Both the position numbers and the translations under genes were made by a program. This document shows, in pieces, positions 37,961 to 50,678 of a stretch of 64,000 nucleotides of DNA. Positions within the stretch are counted from its first letter, which is position 1, and the number at the start of each line of letters is the position of its first letter. Below the pieces are notes generated by a model. That model worked only from the letters and a program-made list of their open reading frames with translations, was not told the DNA's origin and searched no databases. Source of the stretch: Tubulanus polymorphus (lineage: Eukaryota; Animalia; Nemertea); the NCBI RefSeq assembly GCF_964204645.1, contig NC_134032.1, forward strand, positions 7,676,275-7,740,274, given 5' to 3'.

Positions 37961-38530
37961 GAACTTATAGATACTTTAGATAATGGCGTCAAAAATCCTA
38001 AAGTATCTAATACAGTTTTTATATTATAAAGGTAATTTAGATGAAAACAAAATAAATATTCTTTAAACTCCTTTTATGAAAGAAATGATGATTTGATACC
38101 TTCTAAAGATTACAATGATATGATAGAGTTAAGAATTGCGAACAACGACAATTATATTATTTTAATTTTGATAATAAACAAATTATCAGTAATGAAAATT
38201 CATCAAATATTGGAATGTGATTTAAATAATGAATTTAAAAAGTTAAATCCTAATGAGAAAGTGTATTGTTATTGTGGCGGCATATATTTAAGATCACACA
38301 GATCAAAGCATTATAAGATAATTAAACATATCAATTATGGAAAGAATTATAATTCTATATTGAAAAGAGATTCATATATATGATATTCATATAAATAAAG
38401 TTCATTTATGTTAATATTATTAGAGTAATAGGGTATATGTCTTTTCATATCAGAGGTTGAGAGGGGCGAGTGAGTGAAAATGAGCTCGACCTCTCGACCT
38501 CTGGTATGAAAGGACACTTACCCTATTACT
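37961..38530. mobile_element. Terminal fragment of a related Polinton (zinc-finger gene remnant plus hairpin terminus ending ACT)
   Basis: ELIDTLDNGVKNPK and YCYCGGIYLRSHRSKHY are homologous to 10723-11382; hairpin 38424-38530; reverse complement of 38375-38530 aligns with 10323-10468. Confidence 0.85.
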
Positions 38531-40959
38531 CTCAAATAGGTCTCAATCGAATCTGTAGGGTTGTGCAGTCCAGATAAATCAACTTGCTCATTGCTCAAAC
38601 AATTGTGGCTCATTTCATTAGGAAAATTCGTTCAATTCATAGAAATTACAACGTCTTTTCAGCCACTTAATTTCAGCTAGACACACATGTGCAATCGCAG
38701 AACATCCTTCCTTTGAAATATTTTGTTTTATTACGCCTACAGCCTACAGTATTCCTGCAAATCAGCAGTGGTTGTTTGGTTCTAAAATATCGATATGGCT
38801 GTTTGTTGTTTCTTCCTCATAATAGTGAATGAACCCTTGGGGGAATAAAATGGAAGCCGTCGAATAAGACCGAGTAAAAGTGTAGTTCTGCTGTAATCCA
38901 GAAGCAAGCATTCAGTCGAGGCTGTATGTGATTTTCTGCGATGCCCTGACACTGCACCACCACCTGACAGTCATGAGTTAGTGGAATCTGCAGAAGATGA
39001 ACTTTTAAATCCTGCTTCGTCGGTTACAGGAGCAGTGGTGATGGGCATTAAGACTAGACTCAACATGGTGGCCACATCGTTGAAACTCCTGGTGTTCAAA
39101 GTCGGTGGTGATCCGAAGGGCTTGAACGGGAAACTACAAAAAAATTAGTCTTGAGCAATCCGAACAAGTCCGCCCGCGCTACTGCTGTTGGACTCTATGT
39201 TCAAAAATCTGAGAGCCGACTCTCTTGTGACTCTGATCAGCCATCCATACTTGTCTGAAGGGAGTCCAGGTGAACTGTTCAGCCATCGTATTCAATCACA
39301 GCATGCACCATACGTGTGAGTTTGGGAGACACACCACTATGGACCTCCAGGAGCTACGCAAAGCTCCGCTGTATCACATGGAAGTCCCTGTCCCTCCTTG
39401 TCTCGAAGGGAACACCCATGCTGTGCGGCACATCACAAGAATGAGCCGCAAGGGAAAAGAGGCTGGCTTCATTGAGATACCACATCCGGAGCTGAAACCT
39501 ACCAATTTTAAAGGTATCCATTATAAAGGTCAGGTTCCGGAGTGGATCATGAGGCAAATCCTGTGCCCCAAAGAATGGTTCTGGAGAAGAAAAACCTATC
39601 AATGGTTCACTACCCTTGGCCCCCTTCCCACCCACTGCAAAGCGGCAAACGACTAAGAGTTGTCTTTAACTTAAGTCAACAAAGTATTTTCCATTTCTGT
39701 CTTTTCTTGTTTTTCAGGTCATATATGTATGCAACCTAGATGTCGCACTAGCAGCGGAACTCAACCTGGATACCACAATGCCTGTCGAACACCACCTAGA
39801 CATCAAACTCACGTGTGAATGGTTCTGCGGTCCATCCTACTGGTTGGGATATTTTTCAGATACAACCCGCGTTTCAAGAACTTCGATTCGTTGAAATGAT
39901 GACCTGATGATCCTTGGGCGTTACAAGACAGGAAACCTACCAATGGTTGTTCTTGTCTGTAGCATTCCGTTTAATCTCAATGGACCATGTATATTTGTGA
40001 ATAGACTTAATGTTTGTTGTCGGATAAAACCGACAACATTTAGTGGGGGCGGTGTGATGGACAAGTAAAGTTCAGTATCCGGTTTTACCGAGTCCAAATC
40101 CATTTTTATCCATTTTAGCAACCCCGTTTTGTGTGGGAATTCTTTTGTTCTCTTTTTGGCGTGGTAATAAAAGAAAGAAGACGTTAGCTAAATTTTGGCG
40201 TGATCTTTGGTTAATTTAGAGGTTCCATGGAAACGATTACTCCCCTTACCTGATTGAGCCAATGAAAGAAGAGATTTCACAAATCATACTCTTCTCTTAC
40301 AGGCCAGTAATTATACAGGAGTAAAACTTGAGTCATCTCTAGGCCTATGTGCCATAGCAGCAAATGAGTCTAGAACATTACCATATCGAACACAAGGGAC
40401 TCAAATAGTCATTTTAAATATAATATTGGGACAAGCCAGTTCAGGTTTACTTATGAAAAAGGTTATTTCACAACTAATATCGTTGTTTTAATTGATTTTA
40501 CAGGCCAGAAGTCATAGTGGAGTTCAATGTATATTGAAGAGTGGAAAATCGACAGGCACACAAACCAAAACCAAAGCAACATGATACATTGTGCCAGTGT
40601 GAAATACTGAAACCCCCATAGCTTGAGAAATCGTTCAAGGCATCAGATAATGGTGAATGCGGTGACAATTTCAAGGATGATTCTTTATGGGAACCTGGCG
40701 ATCATGAGTAAGTTTAACAGTGTAACATTTTTAAAAATTTATCTAATTGAGTCGATTTTCATTAAAAATTTATATTACAGTCCTCAAATCAAAAATGCAT
40801 TCAAACTTATAATTGAAGAATTTATTTTTGAATCGTAAAATAGCTGTCCCCAATGTATTATTGTAGATCTACAGAAATTCAAAACCAAGAACTTTGTACA
40901 GATGAAGAAACGAACTACGCTCACCAGCAAACAAAATTTGATTTTTATGAATACTGCAT

Positions 40960-41811
40960 CCTTTCCCTTCTGGCTGTTTGTTCTCTATGTTTGGCTCCAT
41001 GCAAAATAATTCGCAGATGTATAGTCGGTTAAATCGTGGAATATGAAACGAAATGCCAGGGGCCAGAAAAACATTTCAAACGTTGGAGTTCTCAGCCTAA
41101 ACATAAAAGATAACCAGTTGGAAATTTGGACGATGCTGGAGCACTCTTTTTCTCTGGGACCAAGCCATGGACAGTTCCAGGATCCAAGATCTCAGGAATG
41201 TACTCTTTTTCAACTTCATGTATTTTGTTCTTTTCTTAGGTATATATAAAAAAACTAGGGAAGAAGAAATGTCAAGCGTCGATCGGAATGTGGGTTAGAT
41301 CGATAAGTAACCACATGTATTGGTTAGCAGTGATGGGGACGGAGATGGAGCCGTGGCTAAATGGAAATCAATCATGAACCATGTGTGTGATATTCATAGC
41401 GGACATGCTGATGAGAGTTTTACGGAGTGTTTGCATGGTCCAAATGAGCCACGACATTGGATTAAGAAAAGTATAAGATATAATTGAGTTGCTTAACATT
41501 TACCCGCGATCATTATAACCTTCCTCCAATACATAGGGATTTAAACATATTGCAACGAAATCTGGGTGTTCGGTGATACAGCGCACACCTCCATTTTCGA
41601 CCTTCTCTCTGATGACTATTTCTTCCATGCAGCACCTACACTCAATAACAGTTGGCATTGGTATACAGTTGTACTGGTTGTTTTCTGTACTGCAACAGGA
41701 ACACCTGAAACAATTTGAAAAACAATATGTAAATAATGAATTAATGATGTGATCCATGTACATGTATTTCTGAAAATGTGCAAATGTTATTCTATTAAAA
41801 AAAGTTTGCAT
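40960..41811. mobile_element. Second, heavily deleted KolobokP remnant
   Basis: Transposase pieces WVRSISNHMYW and KWKSIMNHVCDIH...CLHG (+, 41290-41470) abut a ballast exon CSC...CIPMPTVIECRCC...CITEHPDF..ICLN (-, 41500-41705). Confidence 0.7.
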
Positions 41812-43685
41812 CTGTGTTCCAGGCTCTTATTAAATTCAGTAGAGAGAAGTTATAAATTGCTCGCTTAAATTCGGTGCGATACGAAAAGATAAACAATTTC
41901 GCAAGTCCCTAGCTGGATGCTTGCGGTAGCGTTGAGAAGATACGTAGATTCGCCGCTAACCTTAACCCATCTCTCGACATTATGATACCTGTGGTCAGTT
42001 TCATGAAATAGTTTAAGCATAAATAAGTTAAGTTTGCTATGTTGTTGATGGCAAATATAAATATCTCATAATTTTGTTAACTCGGTATTTATGAAGATGA
42101 CTATGAGGTTATAGTTGAAACGTCAAATGAAAAAAAAATGATTAGCTTCAGGAAACTTTTCGGACGTAGTCTTTCGTTATATCAGTTGAGATTCTCTACT
42201 GACCACTTCCCTGTAGTAGGCTCAAACAGTGTGTGCTACAGTGCACACATTACCTACCTACCTACAACTATTAGCTCAACAGTATGCTCTGCACTGCAAG
42301 CTTATCTAAGCCAATTTCATCATTCAGAATTATCATCTTTCGAATGTGATCTGCAAAAATATACAAACTTAGCCAGAGTGAAATAGTTGGTCATTTGTGA
42401 TAATTTCTTGCGGTATCTATAACATGTTAGTTTTACCACTAATTATGTGGTAGTTTGTGGGTGAATTTTTTAATTAAACCATCCCAAAATCTCAAAACTG
42501 CTTCACAACGAAGACACTTAAAAATAAAGTTGTTGTAATTGTAGTTGTCACATAGAAAATATAAACCAGCAAATGTAGACTGTAGAGCATTTGCTTTCGA
42601 GGAACCCCTTTATCCAAGCATCTATTCGTGGTATACATACTAATGCTAGATTTGTGTTCATGTTTCCCGTTTCGCTGATCTGGAACACAGTCTGAATAAA
42701 GCGAAACTCCCTGAGTGACAGTGCCATTGCCAAATGTGCCATACTTTCTCATGGTTCCAATCGAGAGTAGCTCAAAACTGCGAAATCCACCCTCCTGCAT
42801 AGGAATGAACATATTGAGTCCCTAGAAAGAGACCTGCAGGATGCTGCAGCTAAAATCGGTTCGCTAAGATGAGGTTCCTTTGCACAAGACCTACCTGCAT
42901 GCCAATTCGGATCCGCGCCCGTTTGTATTGGTCGAGGTATGAATGTCCTGGTGGCGGGTAACTCTCTCACCAAACCACTTAACCCGTCTCGTCACTTCCC
43001 ACAGATGAGAACTCAAAAGTCAAATTGCACACCAACTAGACTATCTGTGGTGCGTTTGAGTTCGTGAAAAACTACCCACACGATGACCACATTCAGTCTT
43101 AGACTCTATCATATTACATGTATGTGAAACACCCTTGCCACCCATTCCGTCGAGGAGACTTCTAAGCAACTGAAAGACCTCATCGACTTCCTTACCGAAT
43201 ACAAAGGTTTACGCGGCGCAAGTGTTGTCTCGTTGCCTCGCTTCTAGCCAGCAAACTAAAGCCAATATAAAATGGCAAAACTATTCAACGCCAATATTTC
43301 TAGCCTAAGCTGTTCCGCCATCACTGCCGTCCGAACTTAATGGGATCTCTGAGGAATTTTTTTGAAGTGACCACATTCACCTGAACCGCAAAGGTGCCTG
43401 GTCCCTAGTTAAAGATTCTGGGTACAAGAATGAACTTTCGTCCAGTTGACCATCCTGCCGGTGCCACTCATAATCATATGTTCCAGCCCACAAACCCACT
43501 TACTTCGATATTCTCCGGTAATAATGTTGGTCATGCACCGAATCTCGTTTCTAACATTGTTCATTCAATTATATGGTCCGATTTCTCCGGTGAAATCGTT
43601 CACCAGATCGGAAATTTGCTGCAATCTGTTATAATATATAATATCATTAAACTCATGTTTCTCATATCATTGTACAACACTGTAT

Positions 43686-44670
43686 TGTAAAGATGGTATG
43701 GGAAGTGCTGCCACCTTACGCTATATTGGAAAAATGAAATTTCTCTTTGTTCTCTTTCTCAATGGACACGGTTCTTTTGTGTTAGTGCCTTTGTTCCTCT
43801 TTGATATTTAAGCTTCATAATCCATCATCATCCGGAGACCGTGACCTGATGATGGCAACAGGTTATGGGCCCAGGACGCGCGCTCCGGTGTTTGACCGAA
43901 AAAACAAACTTTGGGAAGCTATATACATGGGCTACATGACAATACAAAAACTGCACGAGGTTATAACCGGAACTTCCGCCCTACATGGTGATGAGCTAGC
44001 GAGCAAGAAAGCCGAGGCATATGCCGAACTTGTACAATGCCTCGATGACCGTTCTTTGCGGGATCACCTTCTGTCCAAAGTTAAGCCGAAGATAATCAGT
44101 TTATATCACGATCTTACCTCGCTGAAGAAAAGTACCGATGAAAATTTAACCGATTACGTTTTACGGGCAGAAACTGCTGCAGCATTTCTTAAATCGGCCG
44201 AGGAGAATATCAGCGAAAGCTTGCTGGTGGCAATGTTAAAGGCTTGCCCGTCGAATCCAAACCGTTCTGTACCGCCATCAATTGAAGAGAAAAGACCATG
44301 TCTTTTACCGACTTCAAAGTCGCATTGCGTAATTATGAAGAGACCAAGGAGTCCCAATTGGACAATTTTGAAGATCGTATTTTGAGAATTAACTCAGCAC
44401 ATCGTTCATCCAGTGGTCGCGTAAGACCTGGGAATAGCCAATGGGTGGTGTGTTTCCAATACAATAAAAATACCAGGACACATCGCGGCGAACTGTAGAG
44501 AAAATTCGCGTTGGTGTGGAAACTGCAAATGTAGAAAGCATGACACTAAATACTGCCGTAAAACTCACGATAAAGTGAAACTTGCCGACTCCGACACCGC
44601 CAATGACAAAGACAACTTCTACTTCAGAATTACCGTTGATTCTTTCAGCTTCCTACGCAATGTTAACAGT
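43686..44670 (+). mobile_element. Ty1/Copia (GalEa-like) LTR retrotransposon 5' fragment: LTR, PBS, gag
   Basis: LTR ending ...GGCAACA at 43860, PBS GGTTATGGGCCCAG (43861-43874), gag AELVQCLDDRSL..KPKIISLYHDLTSL..DYVLRAETAA, decayed zinc knuckles (GHIAANC, WCGNC...HDTKYC). LTR start approximate. Confidence 0.85.
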
Positions 44671-45211
44671 TTCGTGATTGCTCATTGCCGATTGCTAATT
44701 GCCGATGCCAAACGTTCAAGTTTGCTAATTGCCAATTGCCGATCGTATTGCCGATTCGCAATCCGTTGTCGTTTTAGTTTCAAACTTCCCGTCTACAGAC
44801 GGAAGAAATTTTTTAGTTTTCGAATGACAACTCAGCCAATTATTGATATAATGGACTGTATCTGGGGCTTGGCAAAAAGAATCCCTTTTTGGGCGCTTGA
44901 CGCTGAAGCGGCCGTTACAAGTCAGCGTTATATCCTTACCAAACCGAAAATTAGACTTACTCGACTCGTTCGAACGGCTTATATCGTACAGCATTTCCCC
45001 CACTGAGAGCTCGCTCACCCCTGCGTCGTTCAATCACGATTAATTGAAAATTAGTCTTTTGCATGCAACGCGGTTCACAACCCTAAATTTTTTAGAAAGA
45101 TATTGTTAATGGAAACATAGGCCGTTTTCCGTCCTGCATTTAACGGAATAGAATTCCTTACCCAGTGTTTGACTAAGATGACACATATATTGAAGAGTTT
45201 TTCCATAAAGG

Positions 45212-45539
45212 CCATCCTCGCTTGCCAGGGGTCCAGTATCACTCCCGAACTCGCTTCCACCAGCCCCCTGGCCTCACGAAGCGTGATTTCATTACTGGCG
45301 CTGTTGCGCATGACGTCATATATCGATTTGCGAAATACTTCCTTGTTCGGTAAAACGTTCGCTGATGGGTCCATTTAACGGGAAAACCAACAGAAGTCTA
45401 CTGTCGGTTTGTTACAAGCGCTGTGATTGGTACGACCGGATTCCGGTCGGCTAGTAACGACTCCAACGACTCGTGAGGTCAAGGGGTTCGGGGAACAGCT
45501 TTAGCGTAGTGGGTTCGAATCCCTTGACGGGTGAAGATG
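45212..45539 (-). repeat. Dispersed ~320-bp repeat, copy B
   Basis: Inverted copy of 4596-4914 with a small insertion; contains GGGTTCGAATCCC at 45511-45523. Confidence 0.85.
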
Positions 45540-45719
45540 ATAAAGGCTTGAAAACAGCAGATATAACAGCAGCAATTATGAAAAAGTATGGTGTTATGAA
45601 GAGGTAAGTCACTTAGGACGCGCTGTTGTCACAGATTTCCGTGGGATCCGACCCGCTGTGAACTGTCATCAAGAAATCTCACTCCTTGTCAGATTTACGT
45701 TTTACAGCCAAATCATTAA

Positions 45720-46250
45720 CCCTTTGGTGCCCAATTGCTCCATATGGAGCAATTTGCTTATACTGCATATTTGCCCTTGTGCTCCATATGGAGTACCTAA
45801 ATTCATATCTGCAGGTAACCAGTTAGTGCTGCCACCTCATGGAAAAACTGCTCAAAAACTCGGAGGTAAACATATCATCTTAGATTTTTATGTCATGGAG
45901 AGGAGAACACGAAACATTTTTGATACATTTGGAGATTGTGAATGAAAGCAATGTAGATAGTGAAATAGGCTCAGAAGGCCTGTCAGATGATGAAAATGAG
46001 CCCGAATATGGTGTTAATGAGTCTAGTGACAGTGAATCTCGAAACCTTTCAGAAATATCTCATTCTGATGAAGATGGAAGTGATGATGATGCCCATGGTG
46101 CCCTCCCCCGGGGGCCCCCGACTCTGATGATGAATTTGAAGATGTTATTCTGGGCAAGGAAATATTTGTTTGTAGTACTGTTTGTGATCCTGGATGGCGA
46201 AATAAGAAAACAAAAACCACAAATATTGATCAAAGTCCCGGAATGGTAGT
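45720..46250 (+). mobile_element. piggyBac-like left end with acidic N-terminal ORF fragment
   Basis: TTAA|CCCTTT terminus, duplicated GCTCCATATGGAG palindrome, D/E/S-rich ORF 45890-46249; no catalytic core follows. Confidence 0.6.
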
Positions 46251-46334
46251 CTATGATTAAATAAAAATGGCTTTCATCGTCGACTCGTCGAATATTCCTG
46301 TAAAAACTGTTTTTCTGATTCTTCTCTTTTCAGC

Positions 46335-47398
46335 AGATGACGGTTTTGGGGAATGGAGTATTAGTTAAGAAGTCGTCCCTTGACTCCTGCAGTTGGAAGT
46401 CATACAGTATTTTTACTGGTGATGTCATGGTGGCAATATTTGGCACACAATGTCGTCAGACGTACTGAAGGGTATCGGGCAGTCTACTAAGACAGCTCTG
46501 TCACCAAAAAAAGTTCAAGCAATTGAGAGTAAATCTGAAGTTACTATTTGGTCAACAAGCAATCTTATACAGTTGCCTAAAACTTGGATTAAAACCAATA
46601 AAAATTAGAAGCAATATTGTGAACCTAAAAAAAAACAGGGACAGTAAACCTTGCCAAACTTCCAACAAATTGGGCCCCATATTCATTCCGCAACCAAGCA
46701 ATTCATTCATTACACAATAAAGATTTAAATGCACGATGTATTTCAATCAGGTAATTTTCACTGCATCGCGAAGACGGGTGTTGAGAAATAGTTGCACAGA
46801 CTTTTTAGTAGAAGCAGACTCTCCTCATTTTCCCCTGCAGTGATCATTTATTTGGAGAGCTGCTGAATTTCAATTGGCCCTAGCTTTGATTTAATTATAG
46901 GATTTCTTTCACCATTAATCATCTTCAGGTTGGGCAAGAAGAATATTAGGATGCCTAAATCATGTAGTGTTTTAACATCCTGTTAATAAAATCTTATGAT
47001 TTATTGTTTCAGATTATGTTAGTAGACAATTCCCTGCCGCTGAACGAAGCAATATTAGAGCAGCGATGCGGAAGAAACTCAATAACATCAAGGGGGAATC
47101 ATAAGGGGGATTTCATAAGGGGGAATAAACCTGTTAATTGAAATATGAAAAATATAGAGAAAGTAGTCCATAATCAAACGTGAGAATATTCTGGCTTTTT
47201 TAAGGTTTTCAGGAAGGATTTTCATGCAAGGAAGTGCACTTCCATTTCAAGTTTACTTAAAGTGGACTTTTAAGAGCACTTTTGAGTGTACTCAAAGTGC
47301 ACTTTGAGTACACTCAAAAGCGCACTTTAAAAGTACACTTTAAGTAAACTTAAAGTACAACTTAAGTGTACTTTAATTACAGTTTATTTTCATAAGGG
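46335..47398 (+). mobile_element. EnSpm/CACTA-like right end carrying BEN-domain exons
   Basis: SYSIFTGDVMVAIFG..LKG...KTALSPKKVQAIE and YVSRQFPAAERSNIRAAMRKKLNN resemble a BEN domain; AAGTGCACTT-type subterminal palindromes at 47231-47375; terminus ...TTTTCATAAGGG. Confidence 0.55.
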
Positions 47399-47810
47399 AG
47401 AATTAAGGCGTTTAGAGGAGAATCCAACTGATGAAAGAAAATTTGCTCTACACAACTTTCAGTCATTGGATTTTGTGGATCGGTTTTAAAACAGTATACT
47501 TCGTGTAATTTACCCGAATCATGTGTCGATGAATTCTTGGATTAAACGCGTATGTCTTTAACGTATGTCTAGGGTTCTAAGGCCCGATTTTTTACTGCGG
47601 CGCCCGAGTTAACTCGTTTTTATGCACCCGTTCAGTGGCGACTCCTGTTTTTGGGAAACGGTACCACGGAACTATTATTTGTTCACGAATGCAACTAACA
47701 GGCTTCCATACTGCATTCTAATGTTGATTTCGAATCGATTTTGTTATTGTACGGGTAGGTAGAGGCGCTGAATGTACAGTGCTTATCTATGGGTGAGTTT
47801 CAAAACAAAG

Positions 47811-49694
47811 ATGGCTGCGCCCAGGAGACAAGGTGGTAGACAGCTAACGGACTTAGAAATAAGCGAAATATTTGCCGACAGTGATTCGGAAAATGAACTT
47901 TTCGATGAACAAAATGCTGCAGCAGATGATGAGGAGGCCAGGGTAAGCTCTGAGGCTTCGGAAATTGAATCAAACGGTGAATCAAATGATGCGCATGATT
48001 TGGACTCTGAAAATAATTCTGAGATTTCGGCCAGCGGCAGTGATGAATCGAACGATGATGATATAGCCCCAGTGGCCGCCCCAGCCCCCCCACCAGTTCA
48101 ACGTGGTAGAGGCTTAGTAAGGAGGGGTGCTAGAGGTAGAGGGGCAAATCGTGGACGTGGTCGGGGCCGTGTTCCAGCTAATAGGCCTGATCCGGATGCA
48201 GGATGGAGTGACAATAATGTGCAGCCAGTTGTTGGTGCTTTTACAGGTACACCTGGATTGAATGTAAACATGGACAGTGATGAGCCTATTGATTATTTTA
48301 GGCTTTATGTAAATGATGAACTTATAGACATTCTAGTTACTCAGACTAATTTGTATGCTTCTCAATTTATTAGAGATGCACAGCTGAAGCCTAAATCGAG
48401 GGTCCACGCATGGAAAGATGTTGACGCACAAGAAATGTGGCGTTTCCTTATGCTACTCTTCATGATGGGTATTATAAAAAAACCCACTATAAACATGTAT
48501 TGGTCTAAAAAGAAAACAGTCAGAACTCCATTTTTCAATGAAACCATGCCTCGTGATCGATTTCTGCTGATATTGAAATTTTTTCATTGTAACGACAACG
48601 ATGCTCGTCCTGGTGACAACCAGGATCGGTTATACAAAGTCCGCCCTGTCTATGATCACCTCACACGCAAATTTACCTAAGTTTACACGCCCACGGAACA
48701 TTTATCATTAGACGAAGGGGTGTTGAAGTGGCGCGGGAGACTAGTGTTTCGTTGTTATAACCCCCAAAAGCCCGAAAAATATGGAATGAAGTCGTACATG
48801 GTATCGGAATCCGAATCTGGGTATTTGTACAGTTTTAGTCTCTATTGTGGCATGAACCGGAATGTTCCTACCATATGTGATGATACCCTACAGCCTTTAT
48901 ATGGTAAGAACTATAAAGTTTACATGGATAACTTCTACAATAGCAGGAAGGTATCCCAGCACTTGCTCAATAATAGGACTCACACATACGGAACTGTTCG
49001 TATAAACCGCGGTCTTCCAAAGGCGCTTGTTCAACAAAGCAAAGAACTTCGACGTGGCGATGTCGCTTTCCGTCAAAAGGATGGAATAATGTTTCTGCTA
49101 TGGCTAGATAAGAGACTGGTAAAAATGGTATCCACTTTACATGATTCTTCTATGGCAGAAACAGGTAAACAGGATAAAGATGGAAATCTGATTAGAAAAC
49201 CGCAATGCATAATTGATTATAACCATTTTATGTCTAGTGTGGACCACTGTGATCAGATGTCGCGTTATTATCCGTGTGTTTTGAAAACTGTGAAATGGAC
49301 AAAAAAATTAGTACTATATCTCATTCATCTATCAGCAGTGAACAGTTATTTCCTGTATCAAAAGAATCCCAATAAGGACAAACTTCATCTTCTGGAATTT
49401 TTGGAGCGTATAATTGAATCTATGGCTGAACTTGCGGGTGAAGTTCCCGTGGGACATCAGGCCAATAGGGGACCACAGGGAGATCCAGTTACAAGGCTTA
49501 CAGGAGGGGCAGCTAATCATGCATTTGTTTTGATCCCCCCTACTGCCAAGAAACAAAACCCAACCAGAGTATGCAGGGTTTGCTCAAAAAAGGGCATGAG
49601 AAGCGAGTCTAGATATATGTGCCGCAACTGTGAAACCCCCCTTCATCCTGAATGTTACTCTGCATATCACTCCAAAAAGATTTACTGGGTGTAA
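47811..49694 (+). pseudogene. piggyBac (PGBD4-like) transposase with a single nonsense codon
   Basis: Acidic and RG-rich N-terminus, MPRDRF, SLDEG, YMDNFY, VDHCDQ, C-terminal CRVC..CRNC..C..YH; ORFs 47772-48680 and 48720-49694 are in one frame separated by TAA at 48678-48680. Confidence 0.92.
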
Positions 49695-50678
49695 AATATC
49701 ATAAAACCAAAGAATAAAAGACAAGAGTAAGGTAAGACATTTTTACTACAAAGGACTACACAATTTAACATTTTTTGGAAAAAACGTTAGCACAGGGGTA
49801 TATACGCATTTCTAAAATTTCAGCAGTCAAAGTGTTAGGGAGTTTAAAATTCAAAATTACCATCTTCATTTAGAAAAAAGTTGACCATCTAATCATGAAA
49901 ACGGGTATTCGTTTGTGATACCTGTCAAGTCATAGTTGAGAATTGAAGTCAAAAATGTAACTGTGGTAAAGCAGGCCAGGCCTATCATTACTTTCCTGAG
50001 ATTCTGAGGTTGATTCAAAGAGGTTGATTCAAATGTATGAGACACCCTATTTCGCGAAACTCCTATGTCAGCATCTCACCAAGATTCGCATATATTGCAT
50101 GAAATATCTTGCGTAACGTTGACTGATGTGATGACTAATTCTTTTAGGTTGGAAGTCCAGATTTGTTGTCGATGGAGTCAGAAAATAGGTGTTAGACACC
50201 TACAGTATATGGGCACAAACATTGCAAATAATGAATTTGCCACCAACTGAACGCCAGATGGCAGCAAACTTACTTTTGATCGGTTTAATTCCTCTAGAGT
50301 AATGAATACCTAAGCGTGTAGTTCTAACACTGTAGTATATTTATCTCTAGTTTGGTTTATTTTATATTTTGAAGGTCCAAACCAACCAAAAGGAATCGAT
50401 GTATTCAACAGAAAATTTGTTGATGAAGCTTTGCTATTGAGTAACGATGGGGTGCCAGCATTTGATGGGTTTACATGTACTCACTTTAAATTGGAAATGG
50501 AAATAGCCCATGAAACTCATGACATTCCTGGTGCAGCCAAGGATCGGAAATGGTCCCAACAAGGAGCTATCTATGCATGTCCCTGGTGTATGATTGCAGG
50601 TAATTATGACATGCATTTCGCAGAATTTACTGGAGCAGGTGGTAGAGAAATATCACATTCCGTCAAACGTTCCTATAT

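Noticed and set aside
10323-38530. One complete 28-kb Polinton bounded by matching TIRs
   Set aside because: TIRs are diverged, there is no TSD and the flanking ORF does not resume; treated as two related elements.
38531-40900. ORFs 39270-39739 and neighbours as genes
   Set aside because: No recognisable motifs; probably decayed TE sequence that I cannot classify.
42138-43690. Short ORFs on both strands
   Set aside because: No domain signatures or consistent exon structure.
45470-45535. tRNA gene suggested by GGTTCGAATCCC (also at 17779-17790 and 4612-4624)
   Set aside because: No A box/D arm or acceptor stem could be folded; only an isolated B-box-like hairpin.
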